A stretch of 64,000 nucleotides of DNA, from positions 20,704,345 through 20,768,344 of the forward strand of contig NC_134028.1 in NCBI RefSeq assembly GCF_964204645.1, read 5' to 3'. Position 1 is the first letter of the stretch, and each line of letters begins with the position of its first letter. The notes beneath the pieces are model-generated. The model ran no database searches, was not told the origin of the DNA, and saw nothing but the letters and a program-made list of their open reading frames with translations. A program made the translations under genes and the position numbers. This document shows positions 11,159 to 21,517 of this stretch, one piece after another. Origin of the DNA: Tubulanus polymorphus (lineage: Eukaryota > Animalia > Nemertea).

Positions 11159-12130
11159 CTATGATTTGTAGGTGGGGTCGCTACGTTTATATCCAGGCGA
11201 GGGGCTGGGCGTTTTCCGACGCGGACAGTGAGCGGCTGAATGTGGGCCTCTGCCTAACTTGCATTGGTGGGCGTATATGCAAGATTTTCGGGGACAGGAC
11301 GAGGCGGCGCTATTAAACGCGTAGCAGAAATTGACTGCCTGGCCCGAAGATGCTCGAAAGGGCCGTTTCAAGTTATTATTTCGAGTCTTCGCTTCCAACC
11401 ACAGCTCCCAATTGGTGGCGTCCCACCTGCCGGCGACATCTGAAGCCGCACGGAGCGCACGAAAATTCTGGTCGTAAAACACCCAATCCCCGCCCTGGGA
11501 CGCAAGGTTCTGGACGCTTCGACCGTACTTGATCAGAGGTATGGCGTCATGAGGATGACGGCGCAAATGGACAGTAGAAAAGATTTCGAATGCCCTTACC
11601 CACTGCTCGATCGACTTAATGGCTGTAAGCCTGGGTGTCGCTATAGATACGTGAGGCGTTTCCTGACCGGGGGCGGGCAGCACGTTAAAGGAATACGCCG
11701 CATCGGGCTTGCGCAAAAGCACCACGAAATCCAGCCATTTTCCTGACCAAATAGATTCTTTTATCTTAACCGGCACTAACGCATCCAATGCCACCGCGGC
11801 GGGTAGAAAAGACCCCGGTCCGCTCAACTGTGGTTGTTGATAAAAACCCATACCATCGGGGATGATATTACCTGCTTCCGGCGCTGCCACATCCAAGGCC
11901 TGCGGTACTGTTATGGTCCCCTGCTGAGGCGTATTCTCAGCCTGCTGAGGTGTATTTGCAGCGGTGTTTGCAGGGATGGCGTTGACCTGGGGTAACAAAG
12001 AGACCGCTCTTTCGAGAGTCTCCAGCAGGCGGTCTGCCCGAGCCTCCTTCTCTGAGATAGCCCCAGCTGGCGCTTTCCTCCGCTTGTTTGAGGCTGGGGT
12101 TGCCTGTTGCTTTCTCTTGGTGCGCTGCAT
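11159..12130 (-). CDS. Gag-like ORF1 of the YR retrotransposon
   Basis: KIKESIWSG..LDFVVLL, SIEQWVRAFEIF, W..YDQNFR and a C-terminal Cys/His finger, as in DIRS/Ngaro ORF1. Confidence 0.88.
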   Translation of the reverse strand: MQRTKRKQQATPASNKRRKAPAGAISEKEARADRLLETLERAVSLLPQVNAIPANTAANTPQQAENTPQQGTITVPQALDVAAPEAGNIIPDGMGFYQQPQLSGPGSFLPAAVALDALVPVKIKESIWSGKWLDFVVLLRKPDAAYSFNVLPAPGQETPHVSIATPRLTAIKSIEQWVRAFEIFSTVHLRRHPHDAIPLIKYGRSVQNLASQGGDWVFYDQNFRALRAASDVAGRWDATNWELWLEAKTRNNNLKRPFRASSGQAVNFCYAFNSAASSCPRKSCIYAHQCKLGRGPHSAAHCPRRKTPSPSPGYKRSDPTYKS

Positions 12131-12200
12131 TATTACTCTATATGACTACTAAAACACAAAATACGTGCGGGTTATTAACCGTATCAGTATTATGAATAAG

Positions 12201-12945
12201 ACCTGCCTACTGCCGGCAGCAGGAAAATTAAGCCCTAATATTAATGATTATTTCGTGGGCACCTGCCCAGAAGCAGGAAAATTAAGCCCTTATACTAATT
12301 ATTATTTCCTGGGCACCTGCCCAGAAGCAGGAAAATTAAGCCCTAATATTAATGATTATCTCGTTGGCACCTGCCCAGAAGCAGGAAAATTAAGCCCTAA
12401 TATTAATGATTATTTCGTGGGCACCTGCCCAGAAGCAGGAAAATTAAGCCCTTATACTAATTATTATTTTCCTGGGCACCTGCCCAGAAGCAGGAAAATT
12501 AAGCCCTAATATTAATGATTATCTCGTTGGCACCTGCCCATAAGCAGGAAAATTAAGCCCTAATATTGATGATTAATTCGTAGGCACCTGCCCAGAAGCA
12601 GGAAAATTAAGCCCTTATACTAATTGTTATTTCCTGGGCACCTGCCCAGAAGCAGGAAAATTAAGCCCTTATGTTAATGATTGTCTCGTGGGCACCTGCC
12701 CAGAAGCAGGAAAATTAAGCCCAATATTAATGATTATATCGTGGTAACCCGCCCAGAAGCAGGAAAATTAAGTCCAATATTCATGATTAATTATCCCATG
12801 GGCACCTGCCTAGAAGCAGGGAAATTAAGCCCTATATCAATATGTATCACAGGAAAATTAAGCCCTCATATTTAACATTTATTCATGGGCACCTGCCCCG
12901 AAGCAGGAAAATTAAGCCCGATATTAATGCTTATCTCCTGGGACC
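12201..12945. repeat. 54-bp tandem array (about 14 units) with 162-bp higher-order period, upstream of gag
   Basis: GGCACCTGCCCAGAAGCAGGAAAATTAAGCCC starts at 12258, 12312, 12366, 12420, 12475, 12529, 12583, 12637, 12691, then degenerates. Confidence 0.95.
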
Positions 12946-13341
12946 TCCAGTACAGTAGCATATTCTAAAAACCTTTACGGTAATGATCGGGAAAAATGCA
13001 CGCCCTAATCAATGGTTATTGCAGGATTAGGAAAATTCCATGGGCCCCTGGCCAGAGGCAGGCAAAATTCAACCTTTCATCAATGAAGACCAGGTAAAAA
13101 ACTTAAAGGTAATAACGTGCATAGAAACATCAAACTGTATCATTTCTGAGCATCCGAGCATTAAGTTATTGGCTCAAGGATTACTGAGTACGTAAAGTAT
13201 ATATATATATATATTTAAGGAGGCTATATCAATCACTAATTTATTTATTTATATGTTAACGAATACTATATAATTTTTTTTTTTTTTATAATATACAAGC
13301 AGTTATGTATGTGTGTCCATATCACTACGTATTTCCATGCT

Positions 13342-13971
13342 TCAGACCCTTTCACTCCTATTAGTCCCGAGACACTTCCCGGCCTTAACCATCGCCCCAC
13401 GGAGTGACCGATATAGTTTAATGTTGCCCTGTTTGTTCAAGTGAACTAGATCCCCACCATACAGATTATATCTAGAATTCCAAAACCCCCGATGCCGCCA
13501 GGAAAATATCTTTTCGCACCCTGTACAAGCGGCGTGCAGAAATTCCTGCGCTTGTCTAACCCTACTATTCCCAGTAATTTCGTTAAAACTGCGCCATCTC
13601 TGGCGGCGAATAGGGTCACATATATACACAACACCACCCGTACGCTCGACAATGGCATTAGCGTATTGAAATATTTTCATTCCAACATACGCTGGGGTTA
13701 GATACCGGTTATCTAGGTCGTTTGACCCAATCTGCAGCAAAACTAATGTAGGCCGCTGCTCACAGATCAATGAGAGCACATCACGGTTTATCAAAATATT
13801 ATTAAATAATATAGTTGCTCCCCCAATACCGATCAAATGAGGTGCCGCAAAGTCTAAACCAGCTAGACCCCAATCGGAATTAACAATAGAGGAAGCAGAA
13901 CTATTCTCTCTCACAAAATCACCCAGGCGCCTTATATAACTATGGCCTACGACTACAATGTTCTTAGACAT
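13342..13971 (-). CDS. SGNH/GDSL-type hydrolase of the kind carried by Ngaro elements
   Basis: Block I VVVGHSYIRRL, block II GIGGAT, block III LQIGSNDL, block V DLVHLN..G; intronless 209 aa. Confidence 0.88.
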   Translation of the reverse strand: MSKNIVVVGHSYIRRLGDFVRENSSASSIVNSDWGLAGLDFAAPHLIGIGGATILFNNILINRDVLSLICEQRPTLVLLQIGSNDLDNRYLTPAYVGMKIFQYANAIVERTGGVVYICDPIRRQRWRSFNEITGNSRVRQAQEFLHAACTGCEKIFSWRHRGFWNSRYNLYGGDLVHLNKQGNIKLYRSLRGAMVKAGKCLGTNRSERV

Positions 13972-14622
13972 CCTATCTAAAAATACCGGTATTCAAAAGT
14001 ATCGGATGAGTACGTAAAAAAAAGGATAATTAACGATTAAAAAAGGAGAAATGAAAATGTTTGTTTTTTGCATGACTACAATTGTATAGGCTTGTTCTCA
14101 TTAAATGTAAGATCAATATACAGATGTACATGCCTCATAATTGTTATATATTACTGATGAAAAGAGTCTCATATTTGATATTTGTAGATGATTGCTTTCC
14201 CTTAGATAAAGTTCGTGTGTTAAGTTTATAAGTATTTAGAAATTTTTTTTGGCTTACCGTAAAATTCTATGGGGTCCATGTAGGTCTCGTTGATGAATAA
14301 GATGAACTGATGATGAGTGGGGTGTGTTGCTTAGCTAAGGTAGAAGTTATGCGGGATGGGATAATAGGGAAAGGGTCAGAAATTGTGATTTATGGCTACT
14401 TTACAGGTGTTGTAAATTGATGTACGGAATGGTGGTTGTGTATCATTAGTCTTGATGTTCTGAAGGTTTTGTGTAATTTTCATTACCCTGCGGCTGGCTT
14501 TAAGTTGTAAGAGATGTTGCTTATAAATGATGTTCTGAAGCCTGTGCACTTTTGAAAAGATTTTTTTTTTGGAAACTACAATAGGGTCTTGTGACTTTTT
14601 GGCGATTGGGGACCAATCGTCT

Positions 14623-14636
14623 GGGGAGGAGGATAG
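14623..14636 (+). promoter_or_regulatory. Polypurine tract
   Basis: GGGGAGGAGGATAG directly abuts the 3' LTR. Confidence 0.85.
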
Positions 14637-15192
14637 TATTGGGGTGATAAATTAGTAGTTTGCATAGAGGGAGGGAAGCCAGAGTTCGGGGCAGTGGCTG
14701 AAGTTAGTAAATAACCTACGTAGATGCTTACGTCGCACATAAGACACTGAATAGAAGATAGGTGAAAGTGACGTGAGTATCTGCGTAGGGTTGCTGGTTA
14801 TAGCGGCAGCCTTGAGCTCTGGTATGGCTAGGAAGTAAACAAGTAATAAACTCGTGACGTATAACATATGTAGAAGTATACGTCACGAGTAACATGAAAT
14901 AAGATAAAAAGGGAGGGGCAGCACAGTAAGGGGGATAGAGATGCTAGAGTGGCGGAGAAGCCTAAAAATACGAGCTGTAGGAAGGAATAAGAATTGTGCG
15001 GGAAAATAAAAAAAGAACGTAGACCCACGAGAAGAGTTGTTATTATTCTGGAGTCAGAGGGATATCACTTATCGGATTAATCGGAACCAACAACGACAAC
15101 ACGAGGGGAGAACGCAACGTGGCCCCCACAACAATTGGTTGAGAAATTCAACCCCACAACATTGTTGGAGAACCGAAAGCAACTCCACAACA
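14637..15192 (+). repeat. 3' LTR (556 bp)
   Basis: Near-identical to 5335-5891; followed by TSD ATAC. Confidence 0.92.
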
Positions 15193-16890
15193 ATACTTTC
15201 GGGCTGTTTTTATTCTAAATGTGGGGGTTTATTTTAGTTTGATATGTTTTAATGCTGCCCGTCATCCATTCTTGGAGGGTTTTTCGATGGCGTTTAAATC
15301 ATTTCATATTTTCGTGAAATCATGAAACTTGAATACATTATATCTTTTCATTTTTTTCAGAAATCTATTCTCTATCGGTCTAAAGGAGAATGTTGCCCTC
15401 TATGTGTCGCGGCTCATAGTATCTGTTCAGTTACTAACTCGAACAAGGATTATCTATCGTACGCTTCGTTTGACGGGTTCAATTACAAATTCGGCGGAAC
15501 TTGTCGCTACACTTTACTTCAAGACGTCGCAGATCGTCGGATTAACATCCGCGTCAAGAATGAGTATCATCCGTATCCGACTGTCAGAACTAAACTCGTT
15601 ACAATCATCGTATCTTCGTTATCTATCGGGCTTCATCGAGATCTGGATATCAGAGTGAATCGTAGTAAAATCGCTGTTCCGTTCAAACATGAAAACTTTA
15701 CTATCGAAGTCGTCAAAAACGCGACAGTGGTCGTGAATATGATAAACGGATACAGATTAACCTGGAGTAAACAAGGCGATATCAATGTTTACGTAACTGC
15801 GAGTAAGCAGAATAAATTAGGCGGTCTTTGCGGTAATTTCAATCAAGTCGTAAAAGACGATAGTAAAATGAAAATCAAGCAGGAAATTGTCTCAGACTCG
15901 GAGGTTTTCGCCAAGTCGTGGCGGGTCGGTGGTAAATGTAACTGCGACGAACCGTTTAATAGTAGAAAGTCGTCGTGTAAAACTGTGGATCAGCGAGTTC
16001 GCGCTCATCAGAAATGTGCTGTCTTAAAGAGTCCGGCGTTCAAAAAATGCCACAAGAAAGTCCCCGTCCAACCATTCCTCAGGTAAATATCAACTTCTTT
16101 AGCAAAGAAACCATTACGCGTTGGGGAATAGGTGGTTCACGAAAAAAGAATTTGTAAAATTCACGACCGAATTAACCAGTTTCCTCAGTTGGCTGGTACC
16201 GAATAAGGAACTGTCCATATCTCATAGAAACAAGTTACGAAACTCATAAAATGAAAAACTAGTTTGATAATTATTTGTTATCTATTTTATTTTCAGGGCT
16301 TGCACTGATAACGTTTGCGAATGTCCTTCGGGTAAAAACTGCGAATGCGCCATCGTGAAGTTTTACGTGAAAGAATGCGCCGAGCACAACATACATCTCA
16401 AACTGCCTAAACAATCTCAATGTGACCATTCTACTCGGCAGAAACAACATGACTCTTACTCTTCAAAGAAGAAGAAGAACTTGAAAAAACAAAACAAGCA
16501 GAAAAGAAGAGGAAAAATGCCGTTGTTGTTACGATCATTAGGAGGTGTTGTAATTGGTGATGAGTTCGAGAACGCCATATTGGATTAGAACGGGCGAGAT
16601 CCTACATAATGATAAAACCTGTTCTGAAAAAATGTGGACTTTAAAATTAGTAAAAAAATTCAGAAAGATTTAGTGAAAAAAATGATTGTATCTAGTGGAA
16701 AAATTATTGATATGATAATTGATTCTCGGTGTTATTTTTCTGTTGCTGCTGCTGCTGTTGTTGTTATTAATTAAACTTTTTATTTCAGAGTTTTTGCCAT
16801 TTCAGGATTTATAGTCATTTCGTAGAAAATGTAGAATATTTCTATATTTTTGTGGCATTGTTTTCAATGTCTTTATCTCTAACATTGCTT

Positions 16891-16893
<3 letters not shown>

Positions 16894-16956
<63 letters not shown>
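16894..16956. repeat. (TA)n microsatellite
   Basis: Direct reading. Confidence 0.98.
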
Positions 16957-16959
<3 letters not shown>

Positions 16960-18400
16960 TGTACGATTTTGTTATCATATTGCGACTTTGTTTTGCAGGT
17001 TGTAATTAGTATCTTTTTGTAAGTTTAAGCATTTTTATATAATTCTCTAACTCAAATTCATTGTCTTGAAGTTTGTAATGTTACAACTTTTATATACTGT
17101 GCTCTTATAATGAATTTAAATTCTATTGATTTGTTACTTAAATATCTGGGTTTTTTCAGGATAATGTAAATAATCGTATGTTTTTATAACCACTATGTTT
17201 GAAATAAAACATTTGATATCATTTATAAACAATTTTCCGTCAAACTTCACTTGTCCGCAATATCAGCATCATGTCTTGAGTAGGGTGGTGATACTCGAAC
17301 ATCCCCGGGTGCGGTCGCAAAAAGGGAATTGTGGAAATTTTAACTAGTTTTTTCTTTTGAAAGGCAAATCAAAATACAAGTGGAACACAGCGGACTTCAC
17401 GGGACCAGAAAATATGTTCGTTATAACCGATAGTTATAACCATTATATAATCGATAACATTCTCTTACTTGGAACGGAATTCTTCATATTTTTGTTGTCA
17501 ACCGAGTTCGAAATAACGAGGTTCCACTCTATTTCTGAATGCATTTTACCAGCCTTTGCCCCTAAAAAATTTAGAAATCAAATCATGAAAATAATGTTCA
17601 AGTTCGATCTCCTGCTGTGTTTGCCTGTTTAACCAAACAATTCTCATCGATGAGCAGTGGTTTTATTCGATCCCAGGATCTCCTCCGTAATTACGGGTCT
17701 GCATATTTGATATTGTATATTTCATTTTTGTCAGGGGTCGCCGGTCGTCACAGGGCGCCCATAACTTGCTAGGGACGTGTCTAGCTATTATTGTACATGC
17801 CAGGGCCACCAGCTGTCCTCGCAGGATATATTCTACCGAATCTTGAATCAGCCGTAAACATTCAAAAACAAAGCTTGATTCTGTTTGGGGCAGTTCATCA
17901 ACCCGCTGATGTCAAGACAATCCATCTGAAGCCATCTTCAAATTTTCCAAAAATATCTGAACTCACGTGAAAAGGTAGCCACTATAAACAGATTTAGAAC
18001 GAAACAAAATATGAGAGATAGGAATTGAGCTAATTTAAGCCCCATCAATTTATCTATAGACTATTCTGAAAAAATGGGATACAACGAATATCAATTAGCT
18101 TCTAACACCTGCAAGATCAATTCGTTTACTTCACAAAACTACAATAAACGAAACACTCTCGTGCTTAAAGGATTTCAGTATCTTCAGGTCGAGTCATTAA
18201 ATTAGATTTAATATTCAAAAGCAGCTAGGATGACTTGTATTCTGAGAGACAATACTTTGATGAATATCAATAGTTCGATTGACACATGTTTATGGGATTC
18301 TGAGTCTATAACAAACGACTGCTTTGAGTTCGGGATTAAATTATTTCTATGCGGTATTTTGTCTCCGAAAGCTCCTCTATCAAAAAGGAATTAAGTCTGG

Positions 18401-18485
18401 TATATATAAACGGAGATGAGATTCGAAACATTTAACTCTCATCGAAAGCTTTTCGACTCGTCACAGAGTGAAAGATTCCGTAAGT
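18401..18485 (+). promoter_or_regulatory. TATA box and short non-coding first exon of the peptide gene
   Basis: TATATATAAA at 18401-18410; GTAAGT donor at 18480; acceptor TTACAG ending 18809, 13 nt before the ATG. Confidence 0.6.
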
Positions 18486-18822
18486 AGATATATGTTCTTT
18501 GTTTTTAGTTTTACTGTATTTTTGTTGAAAGTGTCAGCATTCAATCCTTAGTCAAATTATAGAAAATGGAAAGATTGGCCAGTTTGTCTGACTACATCTA
18601 CCTATCATAGAATCGACCCATATTGGTCATTCCGATTTTTGGCGAGTATAGGGGGGTATGGCGTTATTTCAGAGGTTGATTTGACCAGTTTCGAGACAAA
18701 TTATCTGTTCCGTTCTCGGCAGTAAACCCGGGTTCAGACGGGATTGGCGGTATATCGGGGGTTTACTGTATTTTCTAAATGATAATAATCTGGAATTCAT
18801 TGATTACAGACGAATCGGTAAA

Positions 18823-19062
18823 ATGAAATTGTCGGCAGTTTTTGTGTTGTGTTTTTTACTGGTGGTCGCCGTTACTGGTGATCAAATAGAACGAGCTCTC
18901 AGAGACGCTGAGACTGCTGGACACGATCCGCTGGAGTTGATGGAGGCCAGACGAACCGTTCAACTGATGAAACGAGGATGGTTCAAGAAAATCTGGAAAG
19001 GAATCAAGAAACACTGTTCAATTGGTTACGACCGAGGCTTCACAGCTCATTGCAGTGGTTAG
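18823..19062 (+). CDS. Secreted prepropeptide, putative cationic antimicrobial peptide or toxin
   Basis: Signal peptide MKLSAVFVLCFLLVVAVTG, acidic pro-piece, KR site, mature GWFKKIWKGIKKHCSIGYDRGFTAHCS(G); ATTAAA near 19119. Confidence 0.85.
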   Translation: MKLSAVFVLCFLLVVAVTGDQIERALRDAETAGHDPLELMEARRTVQLMKRGWFKKIWKGIKKHCSIGYDRGFTAHCSG

Positions 19063-19169
19063 AATAATGAAATATGCTAAAACATTTAAAAACATGAGTA
19101 AATGTTAATCGAGCAGCAATTAAATACATCTTGAGTTTATTCAATTCTATACTCTGTTATGGGACCCAA

Positions 19170-19385
19170 AAGATTGGTTACAGACGGACAGACAGACAAA
19201 CAGACAGACGGACGTACGGACGGACGGACGGACGGACGGACAGACAGACAGACAAGTAGACAGGCAGGCAGACAGGCAGGCAGGCAGACGGGCAGGCAGA
19301 TGTCATTGTCATGCATTTCAGTGTTTACACTGAGAGGTAAACGCAATAGTCCACTCAGGCTAAAGAGACAAGAAGCCTCTTAATA
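19170..19385 (+). mobile_element. 3' part of a pearl/HINE-like element with (GACA/GACG/GGCA)n microsatellite
   Basis: Tetranucleotide tract followed by ..AACGCAATAG as at 33561. Confidence 0.6.
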
Positions 19386-19487
19386 TTTGTAACGGTGCTG
19401 TAAATTTATCACATTCAAGTAAAATAAAAAATCCTCCTTATGTATTTTGGCAAAACTAATCCTTTACAGTAGGAAGAGACCGATTTG

Positions 19488-20085
19488 AAACTATGGGGCC
19501 AAGGACACCATGCTCAATTGGGAAGTGGTTTCAGCTGCTCAACAATCATAACAATTTCAATATTCAACGCCCCCTGGTGACCATATACAAAAAACCAATG
19601 ATCTTTAAACTCACAATCATAGAACATGTCAGCAGCTACGATTTTGTAATTGATTGTGATAACAAAATATGCCTAAGTACCAATATATTATGGAAATGCT
19701 AAGTATTCTACTATTCAACGCCCCCTGGTGACCATATGCAAAACCCAATGACATCGCAACTCACCACAATTATAGAACATGTCATGAGCTACAACGGGCG
19801 CAAAAACGAACATTATGGAGCAAAAAATCATAGAGCAAAATCGAATACTTTTGTTTTTGCGCTTATTTCGTTTCTGCGCTATATTTCGTGTTTTCTCTCA
19901 TGCTGATGGGCCCTTGGGGGATTCATACGAAAGATCAAGGTAATTGATCGTCTTCAAAATTTCCCTCAGAAACTTCAAAAATGTGTGAAAAGTGCTGATT
20001 TTGGCGAACAACAATGGCTATGTACCAGTAGGCCATATGATTCTGACAAGGCCGGTTTTTGGGCTGAAGATGTGTCTAGGATAGA
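19488..20085 (+). mobile_element. Partial copy of the pearl/HINE-like family
   Basis: Shares the 5' end, CAACGCCCCCTGGTGACCATAT core units and downstream sequence with 32331-33604. Confidence 0.8.
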
Positions 20086-20724
20086 TAGTATAGTATTGTA
20101 GTTTATTTGTCACATCAATATGTACACATGAAAAATAACAAAATAGGTTACAGACAATGAGGTGGCCGGAGAGTAGAGACGTGAAAGGTCAAGACGATGA
20201 AAGCATTGTGTCCACAGGACTGCCAGGGACAGATGTGAAGGGTCGAGACGGGAACATGGTGTCCAAGGGGCTGTCTAGAGAAGAGAACCAGACTAGAACA
20301 GCGCGTGGTCCTACGAGAAAGACAACGCGTCATAAGTTTGTCAATCATATTTATTTTTCAGAAAAATTCATACAGTTATCTTTGAACTTAGAAGAATTAC
20401 ATTTGAATTGATTAATGGCAAAATAATACATAGGCAAAAAGCCCCCCGAACGTGAATTTTGAGAGATTTGAATTGACAAACTCGATTTGTAGAAACCAAA
20501 TGTTAAACTCGTGTCATTCATCGATTATTCATTATTTAAATACAGTAGGAAAGTTTCCAGTAGCCAGGCGTCATTTTCAGGCGGTCATCTCGCATTGTCG
20601 CGCAGATTTTAACATTTTCTAAACTAAAACCTTTAGCGCGATTAATAATTAATCGCGCTAAAGGTTTTAGGACAATTATTGTCGTCTATCCCTCCTTAGG
20701 CACAGAATCTAAACTTAAGAAATT

Positions 20725-21200
20725 TCTTGATACCCCTGCCCGATGATGCCCGATACCCCTGACACCTCTGACTCCTCTGACACCGTGACACCTCTGACCA
20801 CCATCGATATCAGATCCTCTGATGCCCGATACCCCTGACACCTCTGACTCCTCTGACACCGTGACACCTCTGACCACCATCGATATCAGATCCTCTGATG
20901 CCTGATACCCCTGACACCACTGACTCCTCTGACACCGTGACACCTCTGACCACCTTCGATGCAAGATCCTCTGATGCCCGATACCCCCGACACCTCTGAC
21001 ACCGTGACACCTCTGACCACCATCGATATCAGATCCTCTGATGCCTGATACCCCTGACACCTCTGACACCGTGACACCTCTGACCGCCGTCGATACCAGA
21101 TCCTTTGATGCCCGATACCACTGACACCACTGATACCTCTGACTACTGTGGCGTGACCTATCTGACCAACACGAAACATGTGCCTGACACAACGCAAGTT
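20725..21200. repeat. Minisatellite built of 9-bp TGACACCTC-like subunits (units about 60-70 bp)
   Basis: Repeated CTGACACCGTGACACCTCTGACCACCATCGATATCAGATCCTCTGATGCC. Confidence 0.92.
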
Positions 21201-21517
21201 CTCTCGGATGTGGTATTGTGGCGCCACTGAATCCGTCAATAGCCTCCATATTGAATTGGTGTCTGGTACACCAGTATATAACCCGGTTTTGGTCGGTATT
21301 GGACGGTTTTAGGCGGTATTGGACGGTTTTGGTCGGTGTTTAGGATTACCCGCCGCTACTAGGTCAAGGTCGGTGGAGACTTATGATGGCGGCTTGTCAA
21401 AAAACTGAAAATTTTCACTTTTAAGACGATTTTACAGCTTGATGAGAGTTTGAAACATCAGTGGATTTGACTGGTATTCACAGTTTGACTGAGGCCCAGT
21501 TATCCCCGGCCCTTATT

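Larger units (their letters stand above)
5335..15192 (+). mobile_element. LTR retrotransposon shell (non-autonomous, LARD-like) containing an antisense YR-retrotransposon cassette
   Basis: Direct repeats 5335-5891 and 14637-15192; ATAC duplicated at 5331-5334 and 15193-15196; PBS and PPT in the expected positions; no + strand gag/pol ORF; lies wholly in intron 5174-15360. Confidence 0.9.
3515..16588 (+). pseudogene. BMPER/crossveinless-2 (kielin/chordin family)-like gene: signal peptide, about 4 VWC repeats, VWD and C8-like region; probably inactivated
   Basis: Approximate exons 3515-3572, 3668-3750, 3968-4162, 4283-4382, 4600-4850, 5070-5173, 15361-16082, 16297-16588; repeated CxxCxC..CCPxC motifs; VWD with SFDG..F.GTCRY.L and GGLCGNFN; in-frame TGA at 3670-3672 and several Cys->Arg/His/Gly changes. 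Confidence 0.75.

Noticed and set aside
9641-12152. Several + strand ORFs
   Set aside because: Antisense shadows of gag/pol with no motifs
12201-12945. CRISPR array
   Set aside because: The variable blocks are homologous to each other and recur every three units; no cas genes; eukaryotic retroelement context
5335-15192. The long direct repeats as Ngaro split direct repeats
   Set aside because: They have a PBS, PPT and 4-bp TSD oriented opposite to the YR ORFs, so they behave as true LTRs
20686-21249. Repetitive ORFs in three frames
   Set aside because: Minisatellite translations
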